A stretch of DNA of 64,000 bases from the IMG/VR virus record IMGVR_UViG_3300043418_000072, positions 186,001 to 250,000 of that record, one strand, 5' to 3'. The notes beneath the pieces are model-generated. The model saw nothing but the letters and a program-made list of their open reading frames with translations. It was not told the origin of the DNA and ran no database searches. Below are positions 8,519 to 18,232 of the stretch, piece after piece. A program made the translations under genes and the position numbers. Each line of letters opens with the position of its first letter. The stretch's first letter is position 1.

Positions 8519-9494
8519 TGCTAGCAAGGTTCTTGGCTTTGGATTCGCACATGATGTCAAAGTCTTTGCTAAACGTAGCAGCCCAGTCGTTAACTGCATT
8601 GTTCCAGTAGTAGTCACTGTGAGCACGAAGTTTTTGCTTTTTGTGACCGCTTACAAGCAACGCTGGGTGATCGGGCAAGGTGTTCGCACAGTGTCCAACG
8701 AGGACATCTTCGCGTGAAACACTGTAGTGACAAGTAGGGCGCACACCGCGCCAGCTATCAATAACTGCTTTAACACGATCGCTGCTCGCATCAATGTACT
8801 CGCCTTCTCGGATCCAGTTATGATGAATATCGAGCACAGTAGGTACAAGATCGTGTAGAGACAAACAATCGTCCAAACCATGTGTGTATTCCTCGTTCTC
8901 TAGTGTTAGACAGTTACGTGCCTCAGGCGATAAACGGCCATATACATCTCTAATGCCCTGCGGACCCTTGCGTCCACTAATGTGTACGTTGATTTTGAAG
9001 TCTTGAAATTTTTGTCCATAGCCCATCCAGCGGGTCATATCAGCATGGTATTCGAACTCAAGGATTGAGCGTTCAACAACATCTCCAGTATCACTTGCGA
9101 GAACGCAGAATTGACCTGGGTGAAAACTAAGACGCACGTTGCAGCAACGAGCAACAGCGCCAACCTGCGCAAAGTGTTTTTCGCAATAAGCCCTAACGTC
9201 AGGCTGGCGCCAAAAATAACTCCAAGAAGGCTCGGTATATACAGGAAGAAGGTCGCTGCTAAGGCGCACCATTCTGAGATGTTGTTCAAGGGTTCCTACT
9301 TTTTCTACCAGCTGCTTTGCTGATTCGATGTTGTGCTTCATGATATCCCAGAGACGTTCCTCTGCAATATGCTTGCTCTGTCTATTTAGCCACGACACTG
9401 TAGTGCCGCGTGTATTTAATTCCGGAACACTTTCAATGCCTTTAGGGGTAAGCTCACTGAACTTACAGGCAAACCCAATTCGTGGTGTAGTCAT
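8487..9494 (-). CDS. uvsE: UV damage endonuclease
   Basis: RIGFACK, RLSSD, RLSFHPGQF, LENEE, LDIHH, AHSDY, MCESKAK. Confidence 0.93.
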   Translation of the reverse strand: MTTPRIGFACKFSELTPKGIESVPELNTRGTTVSWLNRQSKHIAEERLWDIMKHNIESAKQLVEKVGTLEQHLRMVRLSSDLLPVYTEPSWSYFWRQPDVRAYCEKHFAQVGAVARCCNVRLSFHPGQFCVLASDTGDVVERSILEFEYHADMTRWMGYGQKFQDFKINVHISGRKGPQGIRDVYGRLSPEARNCLTLENEEYTHGLDDCLSLHDLVPTVLDIHHNWIREGEYIDASSDRVKAVIDSWRGVRPTCHYSVSREDVLVGHCANTLPDHPALLVSGHKKQKLRAHSDYYWNNAVNDWAATFSKDFDIMCESKAKNLASIKFATVALQS

Positions 9495-9520
9495 GCTGTA
9501 TTATAGCATGTGACCCATTA

Positions 9521-10738
9521 TCAGTCAACTATACCAAAATTTGCCCAATTTGCAGCACCTAAGCAAACCCAGCCCAATGGACCGCCTGCGCTAGGATTGG
9601 CATTAAACACAATATGCCCTTTGGTGCTAGAGAAGTTGGGAGGGGTGTCGCTTGCAGACATTTTTACGTTGCCCATACGCAGGTCATTGATTTGTGCTGA
9701 TCCATCTGTGTTAAGCACGATATTGCTGTGCTGGTTGCTGCCTAAAACAAGTGATTGATTTCTGGGTGTGCCAATGCGGCCCTGACCGTTGCGTTCTTTG
9801 CTAACAGTAATTTCAATATCTTCGTCCCATACTGCCAATGCTGCACTAGGTTCTAGAGTGTTAATACCGGTACGTTTGTTGCCAACATATAACGTGTCTG
9901 CAAGTTGAGTTTCGCCCGATACTTGCAATTCCTTTAGCATACCCAGCTTCTGTAAGTTACTTTCGGTAATGGTGTATCCAATGCGATTACCTTCGATTAC
10001 TACATTTTCATTTACAGTAATCTTGGATAAGTCTAGCCCGTCTGTTTTGATCTTGCTAAAAATAGTGTCGCTGAAACCTGCAAATAATTCACTATCCAGG
10101 CCTTGCTGCACTGCATTGGTAACTGAGCTAGCTAATTGTTTGTAGAACGCACTGTCCTCGTCTACCTTGCCTTTTACGTTGAGGTCGCCCTCAACAGTTA
10201 AATCCATTGTTACTAGATTGTTTTCAACAACTACCGCAGCATCAAGAATAGTAACAACACAATTAGTCGATTGGTCATCAATGCCGGTGGATGCAAAGTT
10301 TCTAATAATACCACCTGCAACTTGGTTACCCGAAATAGCCAAGTCTGACTGCTTGATACTTGCTGCACTAACACTGCCTTCTGGGAAGTCGAGGTTAAAG
10401 ATCTTGTCCTTAACTGCGGTTGCTAATGTTTGGTTAAATTGTCGGTTAACATCAAGGTCCTTGAGTTTCTTGTAAACAAGGTCTGCAATCTCTGCTTCAA
10501 GCTGCGCTTGGATGTTATTTACAACCGCGTTCACAGCCGAGTTAATACGTTTCTGCAACGCCTCGGTGTCAGTGGGGTCGAGTACTTGGTTTAATTTGTG
10601 TACAGCTAGATCGTAGTTGTACGTGTCTAGTCGAGCTCTAAGCTCATCTTTAACGAGGTCAGTAATTTGATTACCAACCTTTGTTTGTACGTCTTCTAAT
10701 ATGTTAGCTACTAACGAGTCGAATTTTGATAGTTCCAT
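9521..10738 (-). CDS. putative virion structural protein
   Basis: Coiled-coil N-terminus; beta-rich C-terminus ending GHIVFN..P..GGPLGWVC...W..FG, typical of fibre-like proteins. Confidence 0.55.
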   Translation of the reverse strand: MELSKFDSLVANILEDVQTKVGNQITDLVKDELRARLDTYNYDLAVHKLNQVLDPTDTEALQKRINSAVNAVVNNIQAQLEAEIADLVYKKLKDLDVNRQFNQTLATAVKDKIFNLDFPEGSVSAASIKQSDLAISGNQVAGGIIRNFASTGIDDQSTNCVVTILDAAVVVENNLVTMDLTVEGDLNVKGKVDEDSAFYKQLASSVTNAVQQGLDSELFAGFSDTIFSKIKTDGLDLSKITVNENVVIEGNRIGYTITESNLQKLGMLKELQVSGETQLADTLYVGNKRTGINTLEPSAALAVWDEDIEITVSKERNGQGRIGTPRNQSLVLGSNQHSNIVLNTDGSAQINDLRMGNVKMSASDTPPNFSSTKGHIVFNANPSAGGPLGWVCLGAANWANFGIVD

Positions 10739-11472
10739 TGATCTTCAAATCTTATGCTGATAACGTGTTCATAATTTTTCTTAATCAATGACTTATACAT
10801 GAGATTTTTATGCACAATGAAATCACCTGCACCTGCATCCATACTAAACTTAGCCAACTGTTTGAAGTACATAGTACGTCGATTAAACGGTCCGTAAGTG
10901 GTTAGTTCATGTGCTGGGTTCGAGATTTCATATACAGTAGTAGTCCATGCACTACGGTTTGCAAAGTCCCAGTCATGGAACTCATTGTAAATGCAGTTAG
11001 TCTTACCATTTCGAATCACAGCCGGGATACTGAACTCACGATCTTTAAAGTCTTGATTCTTATAATCACGTAAAGTACTTACCACAAATTCACTGGCTAG
11101 GTTACAAATCTGTTTAACAACATTTTGCTGATCCAACTCGTTGTCAGCAAACGTAAAGAATTCTTCCATTGCAACCACAACGTCAAACTTCTTACCAACA
11201 GTCTCAGATTCTGATATGTATGTGTATTCGATATTCTTGCTGTCCAGGTAATCCCTTGCAGCTTGGCTAATGCAAGTGACAGAAACGTCACCATTCTTGG
11301 CGGATAGCAATGCTGGATTGAACCCGACGAATAAAGTTGTAGATGGTACAAAGTTATGAAATCCATAGATGCCATCTAAGATCTCTTGCTTCTTAGTTAC
11401 AATCTCTTGCTCTTTGCTTGAGTGTTTAAGTGCTGAAAGTAGTGCATCTGAATATCTAGAAAAATCGGTCAT
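10711..11472 (-). CDS. SAM-methyltransferase-fold protein (degenerate)
   Basis: TLFVGF motif I-like and KFDVVVAM motif II-like. Confidence 0.45.
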   Translation of the reverse strand: MTDFSRYSDALLSALKHSSKEQEIVTKKQEILDGIYGFHNFVPSTTLFVGFNPALLSAKNGDVSVTCISQAARDYLDSKNIEYTYISESETVGKKFDVVVAMEEFFTFADNELDQQNVVKQICNLASEFVVSTLRDYKNQDFKDREFSIPAVIRNGKTNCIYNEFHDWDFANRSAWTTTVYEISNPAHELTTYGPFNRRTMYFKQLAKFSMDAGAGDFIVHKNLMYKSLIKKNYEHVISIRFEDQWNYQNSTR

Positions 11473-11494
11473 AGTTGTTCTTATTATTAAGTAT

Positions 11495-12412
11495 TTATAT
11501 CGAACGAACTAAATCGAGCGTTACACAGTGGAAGCCTCCGCCAAGAGTGCGGCTGTGTCGTAAAGTCAATGGGATGACTGTGAACTTTAATGCCTCCAAG
11601 GTTTTAATTAGCAGGTCTTGTGCAGCATCAACAATGACAGTAGTGGGATTGATACTCAGCATGTTTAGTGCAATCCACTTACTAGCATATGGATACTCGT
11701 GAAACTCTTGAGCTACTACATCGTTAACAAATATCAGTTCTTTGTCTTTTAACATCTTAGGCAGCGTGTCATTGGTTACTCTGCTACCGTTAACAATAAA
11801 GGTATTTTCATTTAATGCAACAATAGTTGAATCAATATGCACCCCGGCATAGAAGTTACATAGCTCAATTTCCACGTCAGGTACTTGCTTGCATAGCCAA
11901 TCATATGCGGCACGATTTCCGCTAGCAGACTCGAGAAATAACCATTTGTCTTTTGCGACACGCAATATATTGGCAGCATCTAGTACCATGCCCTTATCGC
12001 GTGGCATGTGGATAATGTGTTCTGCTTCGTCCAAGAAATCCATGTAGCATTGATATTCCATGTCCCTACATGGGTACATCATGGCTGTGTCAATTATAAT
12101 TCCGCCATGCACAATAAAACGGTCACGCGGGCAATAGTTGTAAAGGCCGTCATGCACTTGAAAGTTCATAGTATCCGGGCGCTCTACTTCTACGCCGTGT
12201 ACAGTAAGAATGGTACAAAGACGTTGCAGGTCGCGATTAGTTTCATCGATGATCCACTGCGGTACCGGTCCTGCTGGCAGAGGAGTCTCTTTCCACAAGG
12301 TGTTTTGTTCTTCTGCACGAAAGACTGGATCGTGTACTGGCCAGTTTGCATGTGTTGCATCGCCGACAATGATCCGCTTTAACGGATCATATTCATTCCA
12401 ACTTGATATCAT
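11495..12412 (-). CDS. amidinotransferase (glycine/inosamine-phosphate amidinotransferase family)
   Basis: SWNEYDPLK, YCPRD, DAAN, HIDST, GGGFHCVTLD (catalytic Asp/His/Cys). Confidence 0.92.
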   Translation of the reverse strand: MISSWNEYDPLKRIIVGDATHANWPVHDPVFRAEEQNTLWKETPLPAGPVPQWIIDETNRDLQRLCTILTVHGVEVERPDTMNFQVHDGLYNYCPRDRFIVHGGIIIDTAMMYPCRDMEYQCYMDFLDEAEHIIHMPRDKGMVLDAANILRVAKDKWLFLESASGNRAAYDWLCKQVPDVEIELCNFYAGVHIDSTIVALNENTFIVNGSRVTNDTLPKMLKDKELIFVNDVVAQEFHEYPYASKWIALNMLSINPTTVIVDAAQDLLIKTLEALKFTVIPLTLRHSRTLGGGFHCVTLDLVRSI

Positions 12413-12921
12413 ACCCAACCTGTTATTTGTAAAGTGTATCTGGCTTCAATGCCAATGTTTGCTGCGGCATGTGGGGTATCATAATCCCATTCTAGCACTG
12501 TTCCTGCATCCCAATGCACTAACCCCATGCCGTTAATCTCACTGTAGTGGCCGGGCTTCCAGTCCTCTAAGAACACTACTGCTCTACGGATACGTTGCTC
12601 CTGACCTTGCAAGCTGTGTAGTTTAACATACTTTGCATACAAGTCAGAGTGAGTTGGTAAGACTGTTCCGGTATCCATGCGGTAGTAGCTGGTACCAATG
12701 TCCTTCCATCCCATCTCTCGATATATCTCGATGAACTTATCATTCCAACTAGGCTGAGGACTGCGCATGTCGCACATAGCGCCAGTGAATGGTCCGGGGT
12801 ATCCTTGGTGTTGCCAGATACGCAAGCTCTCGGGATCATTGAACTCTTCAGTTACATAATCCAACAGCTTGTATTCAATGCCCCAAAACTTAGGGATCTT
12901 ATACTTTGCGTGTATTGCCAT
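12409..12921 (-). CDS. 2OG-Fe(II)/cupin oxygenase (Asp/Asn beta-hydroxylase-like)
   Basis: PTHSD (HxD), PHAAAN (distal His), RYTLQITG; start reassigned to MAIHAKY. Confidence 0.75.
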   Translation of the reverse strand: MAIHAKYKIPKFWGIEYKLLDYVTEEFNDPESLRIWQHQGYPGPFTGAMCDMRSPQPSWNDKFIEIYREMGWKDIGTSYYRMDTGTVLPTHSDLYAKYVKLHSLQGQEQRIRRAVVFLEDWKPGHYSEINGMGLVHWDAGTVLEWDYDTPHAAANIGIEARYTLQITGWV

Positions 12922-14137
12922 AGTGGATGACCTTAATGTCAGTGCGAGCAGTAGCGTATTGACGCCATGGATCAACTACAATACTACCTTCGTTAAGTTT
13001 GCAGTAGAGTTCCTGCTCATTCTTTTCGCCGGCATACCCGTATGTGATCTTTCTATTATGTGCAAGAAGCACCACACCCTTAACGGATTTAGGATTGAGT
13101 TCTTCTGTTAGCGGATCAACATATTGTGGGGTGATACCAAAATCTTGTTTTAGAAAATGCCCAACTAGCAAACTGTAGCTACCTTCTAAATATGCCACGT
13201 CCGGCTTATATGCCTTACCGTGAATGTAAACGGGCAGCAACGCATTATTAGCTTCATCGGCAATAAATTTAGCCAAGTTACGTGCTTGAATTTCTCGCGC
13301 ATTCATGATAGCGTCGAACAAGTCGTAACCTAGATCCAACTTCTCTGCCATGTATCGCAATGCAATGTTGTCACGTGGGTGGCAAGGTCCGGCATCACCC
13401 ATACCTGCTGTCATATATTTTGGCCCCATGATTCGCATACTAGATCTTGCTAGTGCATCAGTCACGACATCCACATTAATATTGCCTTGCTTGATAGCAA
13501 CGTCTTGGATCATGTTAGCCAATCCAATTTTAGCACTAATGAATGTGTTGTAAAACACCTTAATACATTCCGCTTCGTCCCATGTGCCAACTTCATAACG
13601 TGGATTGTTTTGCATCAACCCTTTGTAAAACTCAATTAGCTCTGCTGCATCGGTTGTAACATCACCGTCTTCGGTACCAATAATAACCATCTCGGGATTG
13701 ACCATATCCCACTCTACACTGCCCATAGCAATTAAGTAAGGGTTGTAAACAAAACGTGGATTGGTAATGTGTTGGCGTAATCGTCCGCGCACTGTCCCTG
13801 GTAGTACGGTGCTAATTAGCACAACCATTTGATTAGGTCTTGCCCAACAGTTAATCTGTTTAAGCACATGCTCAACTACATCGTAGTTAAAGTCTACGTT
13901 GGGCAAATGTGCAATTGGGCTAGCACCGCCATACTTGGCATCATGCGGTGTTTGTACTGCAACAAAAATAATGTCTTGACCAAGCACTGCATCTTTAAGT
14001 TGGTCCACAATTTTGATCTTGTCACTGGTTTTGGGGTAAATATCATAGCCGGTAACAGAATGCTTTTCGGCCATCACTTCGGCACACGCCATTCCTAACT
14101 TGCCAATTCCAATAAATCCAATTTTCTTGCCTAACAT
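12899..14137 (-). CDS. ugd: UDP-glucose/GDP-mannose dehydrogenase family
   Basis: GFIGIGKLG Rossmann motif, AVQTP, ISTVLPG, AECIKVFYN, GPCHPRD catalytic Cys, AYKP; AAGGA RBS before ATG 14137. Confidence 0.92.
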   Translation of the reverse strand: MLGKKIGFIGIGKLGMACAEVMAEKHSVTGYDIYPKTSDKIKIVDQLKDAVLGQDIIFVAVQTPHDAKYGGASPIAHLPNVDFNYDVVEHVLKQINCWARPNQMVVLISTVLPGTVRGRLRQHITNPRFVYNPYLIAMGSVEWDMVNPEMVIIGTEDGDVTTDAAELIEFYKGLMQNNPRYEVGTWDEAECIKVFYNTFISAKIGLANMIQDVAIKQGNINVDVVTDALARSSMRIMGPKYMTAGMGDAGPCHPRDNIALRYMAEKLDLGYDLFDAIMNAREIQARNLAKFIADEANNALLPVYIHGKAYKPDVAYLEGSYSLLVGHFLKQDFGITPQYVDPLTEELNPKSVKGVVLLAHNRKITYGYAGEKNEQELYCKLNEGSIVVDPWRQYATARTDIKVIHYGNTRKV

Positions 14138-15253
14138 ATGATTCCTTTTGATTTTTTCTATAATGTAATGAAAGATCACTTCTTTGATAAAACAGGGATC
14201 ATGTTAATTTATCCTCAATTTAATCAAGAGCGTATAACCTTTGTTTCTAAATTGCTAAACGATAATGCAAAGCCTGTTGTTATTTTTTATGACCAAGAAC
14301 CAATCGATGTTACTAAATTTTACGCCGAGGTATATAGACCTTATTCTCAATCTTTTAAGTCCCGTCAGGTCTTAGTAACTAGTGAGTATAGCACAGAGAG
14401 TGACAAATTGTGTAAGGATTATGAGTTGAAAGATGTCCAGTACTTCTATCACGCATTACTGTGCCATGAATGGTATCGATTGCATTGGTACGAAAACATA
14501 AATGTTAATACCGATTTTGACCGCGCATATATTACTTATAACAATTTAACATTAGACAAACGTTTGTATAGAGCAAACTTGATCATTGAGTTGCAAAAGA
14601 GAAATCTAACGTCCAATGGATACGTAAGTTACAACAATAGCAATTTTAGTGGGATAACTGCATCCACTAACACGTATGCAATGTTGCCAGTACAGCATAA
14701 ACTAAACATCCAATTGCACATGGATCTATTAGAAACCCAAATGATACTGGATACTCCTGCCCCAAGAGGAGAGTTGAGTGCCGCAGTTAATATAGGTGAT
14801 ATGCAAAAGGCATTTGTAAATCTAGTAACCGAAACAATCTTTTACGAGAACAAACAACATTTAACAGAAAAGATTTTCAAGCCCATTGTTGCAAAGATGC
14901 CATTCTTGTTGTTAGCAGGCGCCGGCTGCTTGTCGTACTTACGTAGCTACGGATTTAAAACCTTTGGAGAGTTTTGGGACGAAAGCTACGATGATATTAC
15001 AAACAGTGCTGATAGATTTAGTGCAGTGCTAGCCATACTCGAAGATCTATGCAATAAACCCCATGAAGAACTAGTGCAAATGAAGTTGGCAATGAGTGAA
15101 ATCCTAGAATACAATTTCAATCACTTTTACACAAACATGCGTCCCATTGTTGTTGACGAGTTTATAACCAAGCTAGGTGCGGCACTAACTGCAAATGGGG
15201 TAGATTATGATCCAGCTGACTTAGAGAACTTGAACTGTAGATTAACCTACTAA
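14138..15253 (+). CDS. phage glycosyltransferase-like protein (family member 2)
   Basis: LVTET...LTEKIFKPIVAKMPF...LRSYGFKTF...DESYD. Confidence 0.55.
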   Translation: MIPFDFFYNVMKDHFFDKTGIMLIYPQFNQERITFVSKLLNDNAKPVVIFYDQEPIDVTKFYAEVYRPYSQSFKSRQVLVTSEYSTESDKLCKDYELKDVQYFYHALLCHEWYRLHWYENINVNTDFDRAYITYNNLTLDKRLYRANLIIELQKRNLTSNGYVSYNNSNFSGITASTNTYAMLPVQHKLNIQLHMDLLETQMILDTPAPRGELSAAVNIGDMQKAFVNLVTETIFYENKQHLTEKIFKPIVAKMPFLLLAGAGCLSYLRSYGFKTFGEFWDESYDDITNSADRFSAVLAILEDLCNKPHEELVQMKLAMSEILEYNFNHFYTNMRPIVVDEFITKLGAALTANGVDYDPADLENLNCRLTY

Positions 15254-15256
15254 ATA
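15251..15256 (+). promoter_or_regulatory. late promoter TAAATA, leaderless start
   Basis: CTAAATA-CAGT-ATG(15261). Confidence 0.6.
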
Positions 15257-15260
15257 CAGT

Positions 15261-16418
15261 ATGAAAATTACAGACGTATTAGACGAAGCGGGTGCTGCCC
15301 CGATATATTATTTTGCCTACGGCATGTTAACAGATCCAGAATTGATGCCGGGTGCAGAATTTGTTGGACGTGCAGAGCTAAAGAATTTTGTCTTTGAGAT
15401 GTTTACCTATGCCAACGTATTCCCGTATCCTGGTGCCAGGGTAATCGGCAGCTTGTGGGCAATCGATAGACAGCTACTTGCTCAATTAGACCAAACTGAG
15501 GGATACCCAACCCTATACGATCGTAAAACGGTTCCGGTATTTGCCAATGGAGAGCGCCACGAAGCAGCGATTTACACAATGACTCCCGAGACTCGCGAGT
15601 ACATGCAAGGCACTGAACCAAACGATGCGTACATCGCTCGCATAGAGCGTGGGTATAACAATGCAGGAATTCCGTTACGTCAACTTGATGATGCACTAGA
15701 TGCCATTTACTCTGCACAGGATCTTGACGAGGGGTGGAAAGACTGGGCTGCTACAGGCGCCCTTGCTGCTGGAATGGCATTAGGTGGCGGAGCTGCTGAT
15801 GCTAAAGTTGCACCACATGCACAACCTAAAGCAACAGCCCAACACGTGGCTAAAGCTGCACACCCAGTTGCAGCTCAGTCCAAAACAGCACAACCAGAAA
15901 CCTACGGTGTTAGTATGAACACTGGTCCCGAACATACTCTACAACGTACTGCTCTTAGAGCCGGCATCAAAGGAGCAGAACTAGCACAATTCATGGCACA
16001 AACTCGCCACGAAAGTGCAGATTTTACACGTATGAAGGAGATTGGTGGAGCCAAGTACTTCCACAAGCGTTACGACCCCAAAGCCGCACCAGCTATGGCT
16101 AAGACCTTGGGCAATACACATGCAGGTGACGGAGTTAGGTATCACGGGCGCGGCTTTATTCAAATCACTGGACGAGACAACTATCGTATGGCCGGAAAAG
16201 CGTTGGGGTTGCCGTTAGAGCAAAAACCGGAGCTTGCTGCTAACCCAGAAATTGCTGCCAAGATTGCAGTGTGGTATTGGCAAACTCGCGTTAGACCTAA
16301 TGTACACAACTTCAATGACACTGCTACAGTCACTAAATATATTAACCCTGCGCTCAGAGGACTGCAAGATCGCTTGCACAACTTTAAAGAGTACACTGTA
16401 GCGATGAACATGCGATGA
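15261..16418 (+). CDS. gamma-glutamylcyclotransferase (AIG2-like) domain fused to a GH19 chitinase/lysozyme domain
   Basis: YYFAYG...LDQTEGYP..Y (GGCT); FMAQTRHES...YHGRGFIQITGRDNY...AVWYW...TKYIN (GH19). Confidence 0.88.
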   Translation: MKITDVLDEAGAAPIYYFAYGMLTDPELMPGAEFVGRAELKNFVFEMFTYANVFPYPGARVIGSLWAIDRQLLAQLDQTEGYPTLYDRKTVPVFANGERHEAAIYTMTPETREYMQGTEPNDAYIARIERGYNNAGIPLRQLDDALDAIYSAQDLDEGWKDWAATGALAAGMALGGGAADAKVAPHAQPKATAQHVAKAAHPVAAQSKTAQPETYGVSMNTGPEHTLQRTALRAGIKGAELAQFMAQTRHESADFTRMKEIGGAKYFHKRYDPKAAPAMAKTLGNTHAGDGVRYHGRGFIQITGRDNYRMAGKALGLPLEQKPELAANPEIAAKIAVWYWQTRVRPNVHNFNDTATVTKYINPALRGLQDRLHNFKEYTVAMNMR

Positions 16419-17437
16419 AAATAAACGAAATTTTAACAGAAGCCCTAGTAGGCGAACTCAACTTCGGTCCACTAAAGATTATGGTGGACCAACATACCAT
16501 TGACAGATCTATTCAACGCTATGTTTCACCGTTTGGTGTAGACCGTGTGCTAAAACAACTGCCTATTGTAATCGACGAATTGCGCGGGGTTGAACCCGGG
16601 CAACAAGTTTGGGTTTACGATCAGGCACAAAACATTGCGTTAGGTATGCGTAGACTGGGCACAGAGCAAAACCTGCGCTTCTTATTTAAAACTGTAGTTG
16701 GTGATCGCCCATACGACAGCGACATGCCTGTTATCTTATTGGGCGAGCCCCACGAAGAGCTAGACGAGCAAGTATTAGACGAATTAATCACTAGCGATCA
16801 CCGTGCTAAAATCCAGCAAACAATGAAGTCAGCGGGCTACACTGAGCTAGGTGCTGGCGCAGACGCTGCGGTATACGCAAAAGATGCTCATACAGTAATT
16901 AAAATCCTTATGCCAGACAGTGGGCAGTTAAGCACAGGCGAAAAGACATTCCTAGACTTCTATCAATATGTAACAACTAGCAAGCCAAATCCATTCTTGC
17001 CAAGATTTGTTAAGATTCAGGGGCAACATCATAATCGTTTTGAAATTGACGGCGAACCATTTAGGCAAATCGCTATGGAACGCTTGCAACCTATTCCGGC
17101 TGGTACCGCATTGCAGGGCATTGTTTGGATCATGAGTGAGTGTGCAGCCCGCCAACTTAGATGGGAGCAAGTGCTTGATGACTTTATGACCGAAAGTGAT
17201 CTATGGCGTTACTGGGGCGGTGACCCTGATGTCCCGGAACTAGTGCATAACGAGTTCATGGATCACCGTAAGCAAAGCTACTACGAAGCATTGTACATCA
17301 CTATGCTTATTCTAGCTAGACTGGGCGCACACAAAGGTTGGGGATGGGACTTGCATACAGAGAATGTTATGCAACGTGCAGATGGTACACCAGTTATCAT
17401 CGATCCGTGGTACCACGATGTACTAGGAACCGTTTAA
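16415..17437 (+). CDS. two-domain protein: N-terminal DUF4258/RelE-like domain plus protein-kinase-like domain
   Basis: Kinase: LGAGADAAVY, VIKI, AMERL, WDLHTENVM, IIDP. N-domain: HTIDRSIQRYVS. Confidence 0.75.
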   Translation: MKINEILTEALVGELNFGPLKIMVDQHTIDRSIQRYVSPFGVDRVLKQLPIVIDELRGVEPGQQVWVYDQAQNIALGMRRLGTEQNLRFLFKTVVGDRPYDSDMPVILLGEPHEELDEQVLDELITSDHRAKIQQTMKSAGYTELGAGADAAVYAKDAHTVIKILMPDSGQLSTGEKTFLDFYQYVTTSKPNPFLPRFVKIQGQHHNRFEIDGEPFRQIAMERLQPIPAGTALQGIVWIMSECAARQLRWEQVLDDFMTESDLWRYWGGDPDVPELVHNEFMDHRKQSYYEALYITMLILARLGAHKGWGWDLHTENVMQRADGTPVIIDPWYHDVLGTV

Positions 17438-18189
17438 TCCACTTGCTTGTAGATAAACTCGGCCTCGGGTATACGGGTTCTACCGTTTTTACTACCCAAT
17501 ACAACAACGCGGCGCAGGCCGCGTTCTGTTTCAACTGTTAAAATAATACATCCACCTGCTGCATTAGTGGTGCCAGTCTTGCTAACAATGAACTTGTGCT
17601 TGTGACCAATTAAGGGATTGGTTTGTTTAAAGATCAACCACCGCTTTTTGTTCTTAATCTCTACTCGAGTCTTGGCAGCAGAGTCCACAATAAGATAGTT
17701 CTTCTCTGCTACATTCAATAACAATAACAAATCTTCTGCGGTACTGGTGTTGTCTGGTAATAGTCCTGTCGCATCAACATAGTTAGTATGTCGCATACCA
17801 TACTTCATAGCGTTGGCATTCATGTCGCTGATGCAATTACCGTACCCGCCTATATAATTCCTGCATAGCAAATCTGCGGCATGGTTGTCGCTTTTGACCA
17901 TTGCAAGATTAATAAGCTCTTGCCTAGTTAGACGTAGAGTTTGGTTGTAGGCTATGGATTGATTTAGATCCTGTTTTGCTTCCATAACTGTTAGCACAGT
18001 CATTACCTTGGTAATGCTAGCCATTGGACGTATGGTGCCAGTGTCTTTACTGGCTAGGATTTGGTTTTGTTCGTCTGCGACAAGCCAGGACTTTGCAGTA
18101 AGGTCGCTAGTGTCGTCGATAGTTGTGGCAGGTTTCGCCCAGCTAATGCTGCTGGCAAGTAATGCCAAAATAAGTATAGTGCTACGCAT
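17434..18189 (-). CDS. D-alanyl-D-alanine carboxy/endopeptidase (peptidase S11, PBP7-like)
   Basis: Signal peptide; SITK (SxxK), SDN (SxN), KTG. Confidence 0.93.
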   Translation of the reverse strand: MRSTILILALLASSISWAKPATTIDDTSDLTAKSWLVADEQNQILASKDTGTIRPMASITKVMTVLTVMEAKQDLNQSIAYNQTLRLTRQELINLAMVKSDNHAADLLCRNYIGGYGNCISDMNANAMKYGMRHTNYVDATGLLPDNTSTAEDLLLLLNVAEKNYLIVDSAAKTRVEIKNKKRWLIFKQTNPLIGHKHKFIVSKTGTTNAAGGCIILTVETERGLRRVVVLGSKNGRTRIPEAEFIYKQVD

Positions 18190-18232
18190 TTGTCAAAGTA
18201 GTTTAGCATAGATGCTAGTGATATCAAAGTGT

